A DNA stretch of 64,000 nucleotides from an uncultured Chthonomonadaceae bacterium (GCA_963817895.1 CAWFQB010000002.1:448001-512000); one strand, 5' to 3'; positions 49,609-60,210 are shown, counted from the first letter of the stretch. Numbers and translations are program-made. Notes: generated from the letters alone by a model not told the origin.

Positions 49609-50595
49609 ATGGTATTCAGAAAAAGTAAATTGGGCATGGCTCTGCTGACGCTTGCATTGCTGTTGGGGAACAGTCGGACCGCATGGGCGCAGGTAGAGCG
49701 GCCCGTTGTCGAACTCAATACCGACATACGCAGCCGGGTGGCGGGTGTGGGGAAATCGGGGACAGGGCTTTATGACGCTTCGGCGCGGCTGACGGCGGGA
49801 CTTGCGCCCGGACTGCGCCTGAACATCTACGGCAACCGGCGCTACGGCAATCTGCTGCCGCAGCAAGCCACATTGGAAAAGCAGTGGGGGCCGCAGCGAT
49901 TGCAGGCGGGCATGGTTCGCCTGCCGTTCGGCATTTACGACACGCGGGAAACGTATGCGTCCGGCCTGATTGACTACCCGATGCCCCGCTCCGATTATTT
50001 TTTCAATTCCGTAGATTGGGGAGCGCCGGGAATCGCGTTCAGTGGCGGTTCGCCCACTGTGCAGCTGGAAGCGGCCTATTTTAACGGGCGGTCTTCGGGC
50101 TTGTGGGGCAACGCCAACCCTGTCGGCGGCGCGGCTTTTCGCGCGCAAACCTACGTGAAGGGCGTGATACTGGGTGTAAGTCGTTGGGACGGATTTTCCG
50201 TGACGCAATACAACAAAGACACGCGGCAGAACGTTCATGTAACCGGGCTGGACTGGCGGTTCACACAACCGCATTTACTGGTGCGCGGCGAGTTCCTGCT
50301 CGGCAGTTTCGGGAACGACCATGCGAACGGTAGTTATGTGGACGTGTACTACCACCTACCCAAATACGCGAAGTTCACCCTTGTCGGACGATTGGAATAC
50401 CTGAAACCCGGTCAGGCCGACCCCACAGGCCGACAGATCACACTGGGGTTGCGCTATGCCGCCACGCCGCAATGGATATTCTCCGTCAACTGGCGAAAAA
50501 ACAACGGCGAAAATTTCTACAAGCCCTCGTGGACCCCCTTAGCGGGCCGTTCCGGCGACTGGCTGTTTCAAGCGTACCACAAACTGCATTTCTAA
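49609..50595 (+). CDS. Putative outer-membrane beta-barrel protein
   Basis: Signal peptide (AWA-Q); G...LPFG; amphipathic strands; C-terminal Phe. Confidence 0.6.
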   Translation: MVFRKSKLGMALLTLALLLGNSRTAWAQVERPVVELNTDIRSRVAGVGKSGTGLYDASARLTAGLAPGLRLNIYGNRRYGNLLPQQATLEKQWGPQRLQAGMVRLPFGIYDTRETYASGLIDYPMPRSDYFFNSVDWGAPGIAFSGGSPTVQLEAAYFNGRSSGLWGNANPVGGAAFRAQTYVKGVILGVSRWDGFSVTQYNKDTRQNVHVTGLDWRFTQPHLLVRGEFLLGSFGNDHANGSYVDVYYHLPKYAKFTLVGRLEYLKPGQADPTGRQITLGLRYAATPQWIFSVNWRKNNGENFYKPSWTPLAGRSGDWLFQAYHKLHF

Positions 50596-50619
50596 TCTGT
50601 CTGTTATTGGCTTCCTTTC

Positions 50620-51792
50620 TCAGACAGAAGATGTTTGCAAGGCATTGTTCAGCAGGGGCGAACCGGCGGGAACGCCCTGCGGCAGCAGTTGGTACTGCGT
50701 GGTTCGGCGCATGGGAGTGTACCCGGCTTCGCGAATCAGCCGCTCCATCTCTTCAATCGGCATGGTGAAGGCGCAGCCTGCCGACGAAACCACATTCTCT
50801 TCCATCATGGTGCTGCCGAAGTCGTTCAGGCCGTAACCGAGGGCGATTTGCGCCACTTTCGGGCCTTGCGTGACCCAGCTCGCCTGCATGTGGGGAATGT
50901 TGTCCAGCATCAGGCGGGCGACCGCGACCGTGCGCAGATAGTCGAAAGCGGACGCGCGCTCAATGCTCAATTCGGTTCCGTCCGGCTGGAACGACCAGGG
51001 AATAAACGCGGTAAATCCTCCCGTTTCGTCCTGCAATTCGCGCGAACGGACAAGATGCTCGATCCGGTCTTCCGCTGTGTCCACGCTGCCGTACATCATC
51101 GTGACCGTTGTTTTCAGTCCGGCTTTGTGCGCTTCCCGCATACAGTTCAGCCACGCGTCGGCGGTGTCTTTGTAGGGCGAAATCTCCTGCCGCACCCGAT
51201 CTGTCAAAATCTCCGCGCCGCCGCCGGGTACGCTGTCCAGCCCCGCCGCTTTCAAGCGCGCGAACATTTCGGCCTGCGACAATTTGCTGATGTTGGCGAT
51301 GTAAATCAGTTCGGCGGGCGAAAACGCATGGAGAATGACGCCGTACTGCCCGAACTTTGCTTTAATGCTGTGCAGCAAATCCTCGTACCATTCGATTTTC
51401 AGTTTGGGGTTTAGTCCGCCCTGCATCAGAATCTCGATGCCGCCTACGTCCACCATCTGCTGAACTTTGTCGAAAATCTGCTCTTTGGAAAGCGTATACC
51501 CCTCTTCATGCCCTGGCACACGGTAAAACGCGCAGAACTTGCAGCGCACCCAGCAGACGTTGGTATAGTTGACATTGCGCCCGACCACATACGTCACCAG
51601 ATTATTCGTATCCGGGTGCAGGCGTTCGCGGACATGGTTGGCGAGAAAGCCGAGTTCGGGCAAATCGTGGTGCGCGAACAGACGCAGGCCGTCCTCTGTC
51701 GTCAGCCGCTCGTTCGCAAACACCTTGTCGGCAATGTCGTCAATGCTCCGCGTCCGCGCCGCTGTCGTCAATTCGCGCTCTAAAATCGCCAT
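50620..51792 (-). CDS. mqnC: Cyclic dehypoxanthinyl futalosine synthase (radical SAM)
   Basis: RNVNYTNVC...CKFCAF, LMQGG, PGGGAEIL, AFIPWSFQ, QASWVTQG, NDFGSTMMEENVV. Confidence 0.88.
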   Translation of the reverse strand: MAILERELTTAARTRSIDDIADKVFANERLTTEDGLRLFAHHDLPELGFLANHVRERLHPDTNNLVTYVVGRNVNYTNVCWVRCKFCAFYRVPGHEEGYTLSKEQIFDKVQQMVDVGGIEILMQGGLNPKLKIEWYEDLLHSIKAKFGQYGVILHAFSPAELIYIANISKLSQAEMFARLKAAGLDSVPGGGAEILTDRVRQEISPYKDTADAWLNCMREAHKAGLKTTVTMMYGSVDTAEDRIEHLVRSRELQDETGGFTAFIPWSFQPDGTELSIERASAFDYLRTVAVARLMLDNIPHMQASWVTQGPKVAQIALGYGLNDFGSTMMEENVVSSAGCAFTMPIEEMERLIREAGYTPMRRTTQYQLLPQGVPAGSPLLNNALQTSSV

Positions 51793-51916
51793 GATGGTTT
51801 CTCCTACCCCATTCTACGCCCACCGCGAAACCGTTGTTACGCCCTACGAACAGTATACCAAACTATGTGAGAAATTTCACGAACTATTTACAAACCGGGA
51901 ACACGGAGAGAGGACA

Positions 51917-52084
51917 AGGAAATTTCACCACCAGGACACCAAGTACACCAAGAGGACAGAAACAAGAGAACAGCATTTCAAGAAGTTGAATTAGCCCTTA
52001 CCTGTGCTTTGCTGTCATGCCTTTTCAACGCCTCTTTGCATTTGTCTTCTTGGTGTCCTTTGCGTCTTGGTGGTGAAATTTCCT
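51917..52084. repeat. Inverted-arm element built from CACCAAG-like units
   Basis: aggaaatttcaccaccaggacaccaagtacaccaagaggaca ... tgtcttcttggtgtcctttgcgtcttggtggtgaaatttcct. Confidence 0.8.
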
Positions 52085-52089
52085 CTGGT

Positions 52090-53382
52090 TTATCTGTGTT
52101 GAAGCGTGTGGGCGGCGATGTCTCGGCGGTAGTGGATGCCGTCGAAGTGGAGGCAGCCTAATCCGGCGTAGGCGCGGTTGGCGGCGGTTTGCACATCTTC
52201 GCCCACTCCGGTGACGCTCAGGACGCGCCCGCCATCGGTCACGATTTCGCCATTAATTTGCCGCGTACCCGCGTGGAAGACAAGGCAACCTTTGCTTTGC
52301 GCCGCCTGTTCCAGTCCGTTGATAGGTTTGCCGGTTTCAAAATCGCCGGGGTAGCCGCCGGATGCCGCTACCACGCACACGGACGCATGGGAACGCCACT
52401 GCGCCGTGTGTTCGCTCAGGCTGCAATCGGCTACGCCCATGAGCAGGGGAACCAGATCGCTGTCGAGCAGGGGAAGCACGGCCTGCGTCTCCGGGTCGCC
52501 CAATCTACAGTTGAATTCAATGGTTTTCAGGCCGTCCGGCGTGACCATAATGCCCGCGTACAACACGCCGCGATAGGGGATGCCCAATTCGCTGATAGCG
52601 TGAATGGCGGGGCGCAAAATCTGCTCGAGGGCGGCTTCCACCACATCCGGCGGCAGAATGGGAACGGGGCTGTACGCGCCCATGCCGCCCGTATTCGGCC
52701 CCATGTCACCGTCGAACGCGCGTTTGTGATCCTGCGAGGGGACAAACGGGATAATCGCGTTGCCGTCCGTAAGCGCCATGATGGATGCCTCCTCGCCAAC
52801 AAGACACTCCTCAATCACAACCGTATCGCCAGCCGCGCCGAAGATGCGATCTCCCATAATGCGATGGATGCCCGCAGCCGCTTCGTCCGCGTTCTTCGCG
52901 ACAATCACGCCCTTGCCTGCCGCCAACCCGTCCGCTTTAATCACGATGCGCGTATCCGCAGAATGGCAGCGGTAGAACTCGTCCAGACAGGTTCGCGCTT
53001 CCGCCAACGAGTTGCAAATCCAGAACGGTGCGGTGGGAATGTCGGCGGACTGCATTAGTTGCTTGGCGAATACCTTGCTGCCCTCCAGTCGAGCCGGCCC
53101 GCTTGCCGGCCCGACAATCGGCAGTCCCGCCGCTTCAAACCGATCCACCAGTCCCGCCATCAGGGGCGCCTCCGGCCCGACAACCGTTAAATCCACGCGA
53201 TTGTCAACGGCAAAGCGCGTCAGCCCGTCCACATCGCCCACACTGAGCGGAACACACTCGGCTATCTGCGCGATTCCGGCATTACCCGGCGCGCAATAAA
53301 TTTTTGTCCCAAGAGGACTCTGCGCGATCTTCCACGCCAGCGCATGTTCGCGCCCCCCACCCCCGATTATCAGTACGCGCAT
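52090..53382 (-). CDS. purD: Phosphoribosylamine--glycine ligase
   Basis: GGGGREHALAW, APGNAG, VGPEAPL, LEGSK, KADGLAAGKGV, GPNTGGMGAY, EFNCRLGDPE. Confidence 0.97.
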   Translation of the reverse strand: MRVLIIGGGGREHALAWKIAQSPLGTKIYCAPGNAGIAQIAECVPLSVGDVDGLTRFAVDNRVDLTVVGPEAPLMAGLVDRFEAAGLPIVGPASGPARLEGSKVFAKQLMQSADIPTAPFWICNSLAEARTCLDEFYRCHSADTRIVIKADGLAAGKGVIVAKNADEAAAGIHRIMGDRIFGAAGDTVVIEECLVGEEASIMALTDGNAIIPFVPSQDHKRAFDGDMGPNTGGMGAYSPVPILPPDVVEAALEQILRPAIHAISELGIPYRGVLYAGIMVTPDGLKTIEFNCRLGDPETQAVLPLLDSDLVPLLMGVADCSLSEHTAQWRSHASVCVVAASGGYPGDFETGKPINGLEQAAQSKGCLVFHAGTRQINGEIVTDGGRVLSVTGVGEDVQTAANRAYAGLGCLHFDGIHYRRDIAAHTLQHR

Positions 53383-53488
53383 ACTCAAATTCCTTCTGCC
53401 TTGAAGTTGTTCGATACAGCCGTTCGATGCGGCTGTATTCCTCTCAACCAACAACCTGACAACCTAATAACCTAACAACTTTCCCGTG

Positions 53489-56160
53489 CTACTCCTCAAG
53501 ATCGCCCGGCGCGCGATCCGTCATATTCTCGAAACGCGTATATTGCGGTATGAAGCCGACGAATACTTTTCCGGTCGGGCCGCTGCGGTGCTTGGCAAGA
53601 ATAAGTTCCGTTTCTTCGATCTTCTCGTAGTCCCGGTTGCCCTGCTGCTCGTCCGCCCCCTCCTCTTTCGCCTTGTAATAGGCGTCACGGTAGATAAACA
53701 TAACAATGTCGGCTTCAGCCTCAATGGACCCGCTGTTGTGCGCGACAATGCCATTCGCAAGGAAATTGGCGCAATCCACTTTGATGTCGAACGTTTCCTG
53801 TTCGCCTGCGGCTTCGATGCTTTTGATTTCTTCCCATAACAGGTCACTTTCCGCCCATACGCGCAATTCGTCATCATGCAGGCGAGTCGCAATGTCTGCG
53901 CAGGAAGCGCGATTAGGGCGTTTATTCTGATCCTTCCAGTACAGGCGTCTGCCTTCCAGTTTGCGCCCCTGTTGCCGTAAATGCTTTGTTTTTTCGTACA
54001 TCAACTGTGAAATTTCAACCGGCAGGCCAAACAAACTGCCGTTAGTCACGGAGGCCGGGAGTTGTCGTATGGCCTGTTGTAGCAGAGCGGCTTTTTTACC
54101 CGTTGGCTGTACCTGCTCCGCAAAACGCTTCAGGTTCTCCGCAAACGCCAGAATGCTCACGCGGTATATGGGCTGAGTCGCCTTATCGCTCATAGTTCCA
54201 TCGTTGATTAAAGCAGTAACGCCTAGCCGCAGCAGCAGGGCTTGCACATCCGCAGCCAATCGTCTGCTGACCGTATCAAAATGAACGCTGCACTGAATCT
54301 GATTGTTCGCAACGCGAAATTTCACGCAGCCATCCGTGGCGAGATAGCCTGCGAGAAACTCCGCGCCCCGACCTCACCGGCCTCAAATACCCAATCCGAC
54401 ACAAACTTGGTGTTATCTTTCTGCCCGAAAATACCGAGGCAACGCAGCCATTCGCGCAAAGGATTGCCGTAAGGACGTCCGTAGCCATTCTCGTATATGC
54501 AGGTGAAATCGCCTTCCTGATAGGTGCCGTATGCCTTCTTTTCACGCCAACTCACGTCAGGAAAATACTTTGCGACAATACTGCGCGCGTCTTCTACAAC
54601 AGCAGGGTCAGAGCCACAGAAACCGACACTGCGATGTTTCTGGTATGTGCCATCACCCACAAGGTAGCCAAGCAATCGGCATAAGTCTTTACGGTCAGGG
54701 TTTTCCGCGCCATGCGACGGCAGACGCAGGGCTGACGCAAGAACATCTCCAACTTTCAATTCATCTAAACGTTTCCAGCCGCCTGCCGTTAAAAATGGAT
54801 GATTGGCTGAAGCCGTAACCTGACGTCCGGCGCGCGTTGTCAGCGTCCACACGGGCTTGATGCCGGTTGACCAGACATCCTGAACCTGATACGCGCCTAT
54901 TTTTTGTTCGCGTCCCATGCCTAAAATCGTGCTGCCGGGTTGAATGTCGCGAATGGCTATCTGCCGTCCGGTATGCGCGTCCGTCAGCCGGGTATCGCCA
55001 ACCACGCACTCGCGCAGGTCCGAAAGCATCGGGCGTTTATCCGGCCTCGATTCCACAGCGCGGGATAATTGCGAAAGCGCAATTACGGGGACGCGCAGTT
55101 CTCTCGCCAGTTGCTTGCAGGCGCGGGCGATTTCGGAAATTTCCTGTGTGCGGTTGTCCGTCTTCTTGTGTGAGCGCATCAGTTGGAGATAGTCAATAAC
55201 CACCAGCCCCAATCCCTGCTCGGCTTTCAGGCGGCGGCATTTAGCGCGCATCTCCATTGCGGAAATATCAGGAGAATCGTCAATATAAATGGGGGCCTCC
55301 GACAGGCGACTGATGCCTTCGCCCACGCGCTGCCAGTCATCGCCCTGTAAAGAGCCGTTACGCAGACGGTTGGAATCCACTTTCGACTCGGAGCAGATCA
55401 TACGGGTGACAAGCTGCTCTTTCGACATTTCCAGACTAAATATCGCAACCGGCACGTTCTCATTCATTGCTATATATTGCGCCAGTTGAACAGTTAATGA
55501 TGTCTTTCCCATGCCAGGCCTGGCAGCGACAATAATCAAATCGGAGGGGTTCAGGCCGTTGGTTTTGAAGTTCAGGTCGTCGAACGGCGTCATGCGCCCG
55601 CCGCCCGTGCCTTTGTTTTCGTAGCGCTTTTCGATACGATCCAGTTCTTCGTCGAGCAGGGGGCGGATGTGATAGAAGAACTGCCCCATGCGCCGCTGCC
55701 CGATCTCGAACACGAGTTTTTCGGCGCGGTCTACAACCTCGTCTACCTCATTGAATTCGGAATACGCCAATCCCTGTATCTGTGTGCCGACATCCATGAG
55801 TTTGCGCAGAATGGCTTTCTCCTCCACCATCTTCGCGTAATACTCGATGTTGGCGGCGGTGGCGGGGGCTTCCATCAGGTTTTGCAGGTAGAATCGTCCG
55901 CCCGCCAGTTCGCCCCGGTCCCGGTCATTCAGTTCCGCCATCACAGTCAGAATGTCTACGGGTTCGTCGCGTTCGGCAAGTCCGAGCATCGCTTCAAAAA
56001 TATAGCGGTGCGCGTCGCGGTAAAAGTCGTCGGCCTTGAGGATTTCCGCCGCTTTTTCTACGGCGGGGCGTTCAATTAGCATGGAACCCAGCACGGCCTG
56101 CTCGGCTTCCAGATTCTGCGGAGGAACACGGTCAAAAGGCGACATGCGATCTAACGCCAA
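53489..56160 (-). CDS. dnaB: Replicative DNA helicase containing an intein; 1-nt frameshift at about 54360
   Basis: PPQNLEAEQAVLG, AARPGMGKT, FSLEMS, IDYLQLM, LSQLSR, RPMLSDLRE|intein|SGSIEAEAD, AKHRSGPTG. Confidence 0.95.
53735..55008 (-). mobile_element. DnaB intein with LAGLIDADG homing endonuclease (about 425 aa)
   Basis: Starts CVVGDT, block B ASANHPFL, LAGLIDADG motifs LLGYLVGDG and FLAGYLATDG, ends NFLANGIVAHN/S. Confidence 0.92.
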
Positions 56161-56177
56161 GACGGACTCCTTAAAGG

Positions 56178-56360
56178 CAAAGGATGAGGGATGAGGGATG
56201 AAGGATGGAGATACCGGTGTTCAGGTATTCAGGAAAATGCTGAACGCGAAGGATGAGTAATGGATAATGAATGAAATACGAAGCAAGAAGAAGGAACCCG
56301 CAACGCTTGCAATAAGCAGCCATTACGGGTCGCAGGATAATTCATCCCTCCTCCTTCATC
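56178..56360. repeat. Inverted-arm heptamer element, unit (A/G)GGATGA/TCATCC, degenerate
   Basis: aaaggatgagggatgagggatgaaggatgga ... ttcatccctcctccttcatc. Confidence 0.6.
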
Positions 56361-56957
56361 TTACGCTTGCTCGTCAGATTCCTCAGAGGGAGTGTCTACA
56401 GGCGCGGCGACAGGCGCGGCAGCGGCCTGAGTTGCCTGAAGCGCGGCGGCTTCTTTAGCGGCGGCGGCTTCGGCGGCGACGCGGGCTTTTTCGCGGGCTT
56501 CCAACTGCTCCAGCGTCACGATGTCAATGGTGAAGGGGACAATCACGTCGGGGTGCAGTTTGGCGGTCAGTTCATACGTGCCTGTGAGCTTGATGGGGTC
56601 AATCAGGCTGATTTTGCGCTTGTCCACCGCGACACCGGTCGCGCTTTGCAGGGCTTCGGCAACATCGGCTTCAGTCACGGCTCCAAACAGGCGGTTGGAA
56701 CGCGGGCTGGCTTTGCCCATGATTTGCAGTTGAACGCCGGTAATTTTCGCGCCGTTGGCCTGCGCGTCCGTCAATTGCTGCGCGCTTTTGGCGGCTTCGC
56801 GGATCATGCGCGTGGCGTGAAGCTTGGTCACGTCTTTGGTGGCAACCAGCGCCAGTTGGCGCGGGAACAGGTAATTACGGGCATAGCCGTTAGCGACAAC
56901 GACGATTTCGCCGTCTTTGCCGACTTTCGGCACGTCGCGGGTTAGAATGACTTTCAT
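56361..56957 (-). CDS. rplI: 50S ribosomal protein L9
   Basis: MKVIL..DV..VG..G..V.V..GYARNYLFP, RLFGAVT, PIK..G.Y....KLH. Confidence 0.95.
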   Translation of the reverse strand: MKVILTRDVPKVGKDGEIVVVANGYARNYLFPRQLALVATKDVTKLHATRMIREAAKSAQQLTDAQANGAKITGVQLQIMGKASPRSNRLFGAVTEADVAEALQSATGVAVDKRKISLIDPIKLTGTYELTAKLHPDVIVPFTIDIVTLEQLEAREKARVAAEAAAAKEAAALQATQAAAAPVAAPVDTPSEESDEQA

Positions 56958-56973
56958 AACATTATCCTTTGGC

Positions 56974-58477
56974 TTAATTGTTCAACTGAACGCCGATAGT
57001 GGGGATCGGATCGCCGCGGAAGATGCCGTCTGCGCCCGCCCAAATCGAAACATTCTTTTTTACCCTAATTAGGCCCTTTACGTCAAGGCGTGGATGGTTC
57101 GCGTCGTATAAATCTGCGCGCAAACCCGAATAGGGGAAGCCGCCGTATTCCAGCCCCACGCCCAGTTTGGACGCATGAAGGCCGTAACGGGCGAGCAGCG
57201 TGTCGGAAAATTTGGTTCCCACCTGCAAGTTCAGGCGCGTATCTTCGCCCAGATCGTACAGGCCGAAATCAATTAGATTGCGCCTGCCGATGGGGACGCG
57301 GGCATCCACGTCCAGCCGGAAATGGGCCGGGTCCACCGCTTCCTGCGCGTCCACAAGCAGTTGTACGGGCGGCAACTTGGGCGCCCGAACTTTGTCTGCC
57401 GCGCCGGAAAATTTGCCTAAAATAGTATTCAGTTTTTCCAGCGCTGCCGCGCTGCGCTCCGTCGTCAGTTTCAGGTTGACAGCGGAGTCTTGAGATTGGC
57501 TTGCAGGGCCGGGTCGCCGGTCAGTTGGTGAATGTCGGACGCGATCTGGCGGCTGCTCGACAGCGTGGAACGGGCCAGTTCAATCGTCTCCTGAAGCGAC
57601 GATTGCAGGCGCGGGTCGCTCACCTGTTCGGTCAGTTTGCGCACGACGTTGTTGGCATCGTCTATCGTGTTGCCCAGCTTGCCGATTAGCGCCAATCCCT
57701 GATCCGACAATTTATCGAACTTGCCTTTGCTGCTGTTGATAACGGTATTCAGGCTGCGGCTCAGATTATCGGTTGTTTTGCGCGTCGTTATGGAAAGTTC
57801 CTTGAAATTCTCGGTTGTTTCCAGCAGATTATTTTTCAGGCGCGGGTCGCCTATCAGCGCCTTGCCCCGCGTCATGGTGTCGTTGGAATTGTCTACCAGT
57901 TTGTTGGTCTTATCCAGCAGCGTGTTCAATTTGGTAAACGAGGTACTCATTCGGGTATTCAGATTGCTGAAACTGCTGTTCAGATTGGCGACGGTCTGCG
58001 ACAATTGCGGGTCAATGCTCGATAACGCGCTGGCGGCTTCGCCGCCCTCGACAACGGCGGTTCCATCCTTCGGCAGCGTATGAACAACGGCAGCCTGATT
58101 GGGCGCAGTCGGGTTCGCCGCTGTCTGCGCAGGCGTGAGGGGCGGGCGAACCTCAATGGTGGGAGTGGTAATCAGCAGCCCGGACGCGATCACGAACTGA
58201 TAGTCCGCTGGAATCTCAAATTGCTGGTTGATGGCAAGCGTCACCGTAGGCGTCAAAACTCCCCGACCGACTCCAGTTTCACATCGTGAACGTCCCCGAT
58301 GCCGACGCCCTTCAGCCGCACCGCGCTTTGCTTTTGTAGGCCGCGCGTGTCTTTGAAGTGAACGCGAACCGTGTAGGTATTCGGGTTGAAGCCGGAGAGG
58401 TAGAACGCGGCTCCTATTGCCAGCGCAAAAGCAATCAGAACCAACAGCCCGACTTTTATAGCGGATTTACCTTCCAT
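56974..58477 (-). CDS. mlaD: MlaD/MCE family protein with long helical region; frameshifts near 58258 and 57490
   Basis: AIKVGLLV, F.DTRGL....VRLKGVGIG.V; coiled-coil middle; beta-rich C-terminal domain. Confidence 0.8.
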
Positions 58478-58492
58478 AATGTGCGGCCTTTC

Positions 58493-59269
58493 TTATGGCG
58501 CTTGCTGCGAACTCACGGCTTTTGGAGCCAGCGCGTCGCGTTCCGGAAACAGAAACGCGCGCACAATCGCGTTGGACGAGGTTTTCACGGCTGCCGGAGT
58601 GTCTTCGATCACGATTTCACCCTGATGCAGCATGGCAACCCGATCCGAAATACGGAATATAGACGGCAGATGGTGCGACACCACAACCGATGTGACCTTC
58701 AAACGCTGGCGCGTGTCCATAATCAGTTCGTCAATGGCGTTGCTGGTAATCGGGTCCAGTCCACTCGTCGGCTCATCGTAATACACGATGGACGGCTGCA
58801 TGGCAAGGGCGCGCGCCAGTCCCACGCGCTTTTGCATGCCGCCCGATAATTGGGAGGGAAACTGCTTTTCCAATCCCTCCAATTGCACTTCCGCCAGTCG
58901 GTCATGGACAATCTGGTTCAGTTCCGCCCGCTTCACCCTTTTGCGATGCCGCGTCACGCCGAAAACGATGTTGTCATACACATTCAGCGAGTCGAACAGG
59001 GCGGCGTACTGAAACACAAGCCCCATTTTCAGCCGCACTTTGTCCAGTTGGTTCTCGTCCAGACGGGTAATATCCTCGCCATCAATAAGAATTTCGCCCG
59101 ACGTGGGGCGCAGCAGCCCGGTCATCAATTTCAGCAGGGTGGTTTTGCCGCTGCCCGATTGCCCCATAATGCTGACAATCTGCCCCGATTCGACTTCGAG
59201 ATTGACGTTGTTCAGCACCCGCTTACGCGGCACATCGTACACCAGATTGCGGACACTGATTGCGCTCAT
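58493..59269 (-). CDS. mlaF: MlaF-type ABC ATPase
   Basis: GQSGSGKTT, FQYAALFDSL, LSGGMQKRVGLARA, YDEPTSGLDP. Confidence 0.9.
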   Translation of the reverse strand: MSAISVRNLVYDVPRKRVLNNVNLEVESGQIVSIMGQSGSGKTTLLKLMTGLLRPTSGEILIDGEDITRLDENQLDKVRLKMGLVFQYAALFDSLNVYDNIVFGVTRHRKRVKRAELNQIVHDRLAEVQLEGLEKQFPSQLSGGMQKRVGLARALAMQPSIVYYDEPTSGLDPITSNAIDELIMDTRQRLKVTSVVVSHHLPSIFRISDRVAMLHQGEIVIEDTPAAVKTSSNAIVRAFLFPERDALAPKAVSSQQAP

Positions 59270-59280
59270 AAAAATAATTT

Positions 59281-60123
59281 CTATCTGTCTGCCCTGCCGG
59301 TCATGAGTGGCGCGAGGAAGAAGTCGGCGACGAAGATGAGCAGGACGCACAGCACGACGGAACTTGTGGTGCTGCGGCCCACGCCGGTTGCGCCGCCCTT
59401 TGTGCGCAGTCCCTGCTGACACGCGACCACGCCCACAATCAGGGCAAAGACGACGGATTTTATCAGGCCGTGCGCCAGGTCTTCCAGCCGCGTAAATTTA
59501 TGCACGGATTCTAAAAATTCGGCGTGGGGAATACCATTCATTCCGGCCAGCACGTAGCCGCCGATCATGCCGAACAGGTCCGCGAACAGGGTGAGGAGAG
59601 GCAGCATCAGCACAGCCGCCAGCACGCGCGGCACAACCAGATAGCGCGTGGGCGATACGGCCATTGCGCGCAACGCATCCACCTGTTCTGTTACGACCAT
59701 CGTGCCTATTTCTGCTGCAATAGCGGCTCCCGCCCGCGCCGCGAACGCCACGCCGCCCAGTACAGGGCCGAGTTCGTTAAGAAACGCGAAGCCCAGCGTG
59801 CCGCCCACAAACGCCGTCAGCCCACCGTAGGATTGCGCCATTGCGGTAACATACAGCGAGAAAACGGCTCCCGTCGCAGTGGTCACGACAAGCACGATCC
59901 ACACGCTGTCCACGCCGATAGAGGCCATTTGCGTCATCAGGTCGCGGGTGTTCACGCCGCCGCGAACAATGGAGCCGACGAGTTGGGCAGTCAACTGCGC
60001 GGATTCCCCGACAAAGGTGAGAACCGACGTTACCGCCGCGCTCACGCCGCCCTTCAAGCGGGGCGCGATCTCTTCGGCATGCGCCGCCGTTCCGGGTTTT
60101 TGCTGTACCGCCTCGTTTGTCAT
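59281..60123 (-). CDS. mlaE: MlaE-type ABC permease
   Basis: ELGPVL, AEIGTMVVTEQVDALRAMAVSP..YLVVPR, GATGVGRSTTSSVV. Confidence 0.92.
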   Translation of the reverse strand: MTNEAVQQKPGTAAHAEEIAPRLKGGVSAAVTSVLTFVGESAQLTAQLVGSIVRGGVNTRDLMTQMASIGVDSVWIVLVVTTATGAVFSLYVTAMAQSYGGLTAFVGGTLGFAFLNELGPVLGGVAFAARAGAAIAAEIGTMVVTEQVDALRAMAVSPTRYLVVPRVLAAVLMLPLLTLFADLFGMIGGYVLAGMNGIPHAEFLESVHKFTRLEDLAHGLIKSVVFALIVGVVACQQGLRTKGGATGVGRSTTSSVVLCVLLIFVADFFLAPLMTGRADR

Positions 60124-60210
60124 ACTCCTAGTATACCGACCCTGCCCCTGCTACGTCAACGCCCAACACCCTCGCCCTGCAAGATTAACAAAACAATAGC
60201 GCATGAAAAG

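Noticed and set aside
54322..54325. Naturally split intein or split dnaB
   Set aside because: A single added G restores one continuous intein; no independent RBS or split-intein ends were seen.
56361..56510. Ala/Glu-rich C-terminal extension of L9
   Set aside because: Such tails are common in L9 proteins of several phyla.
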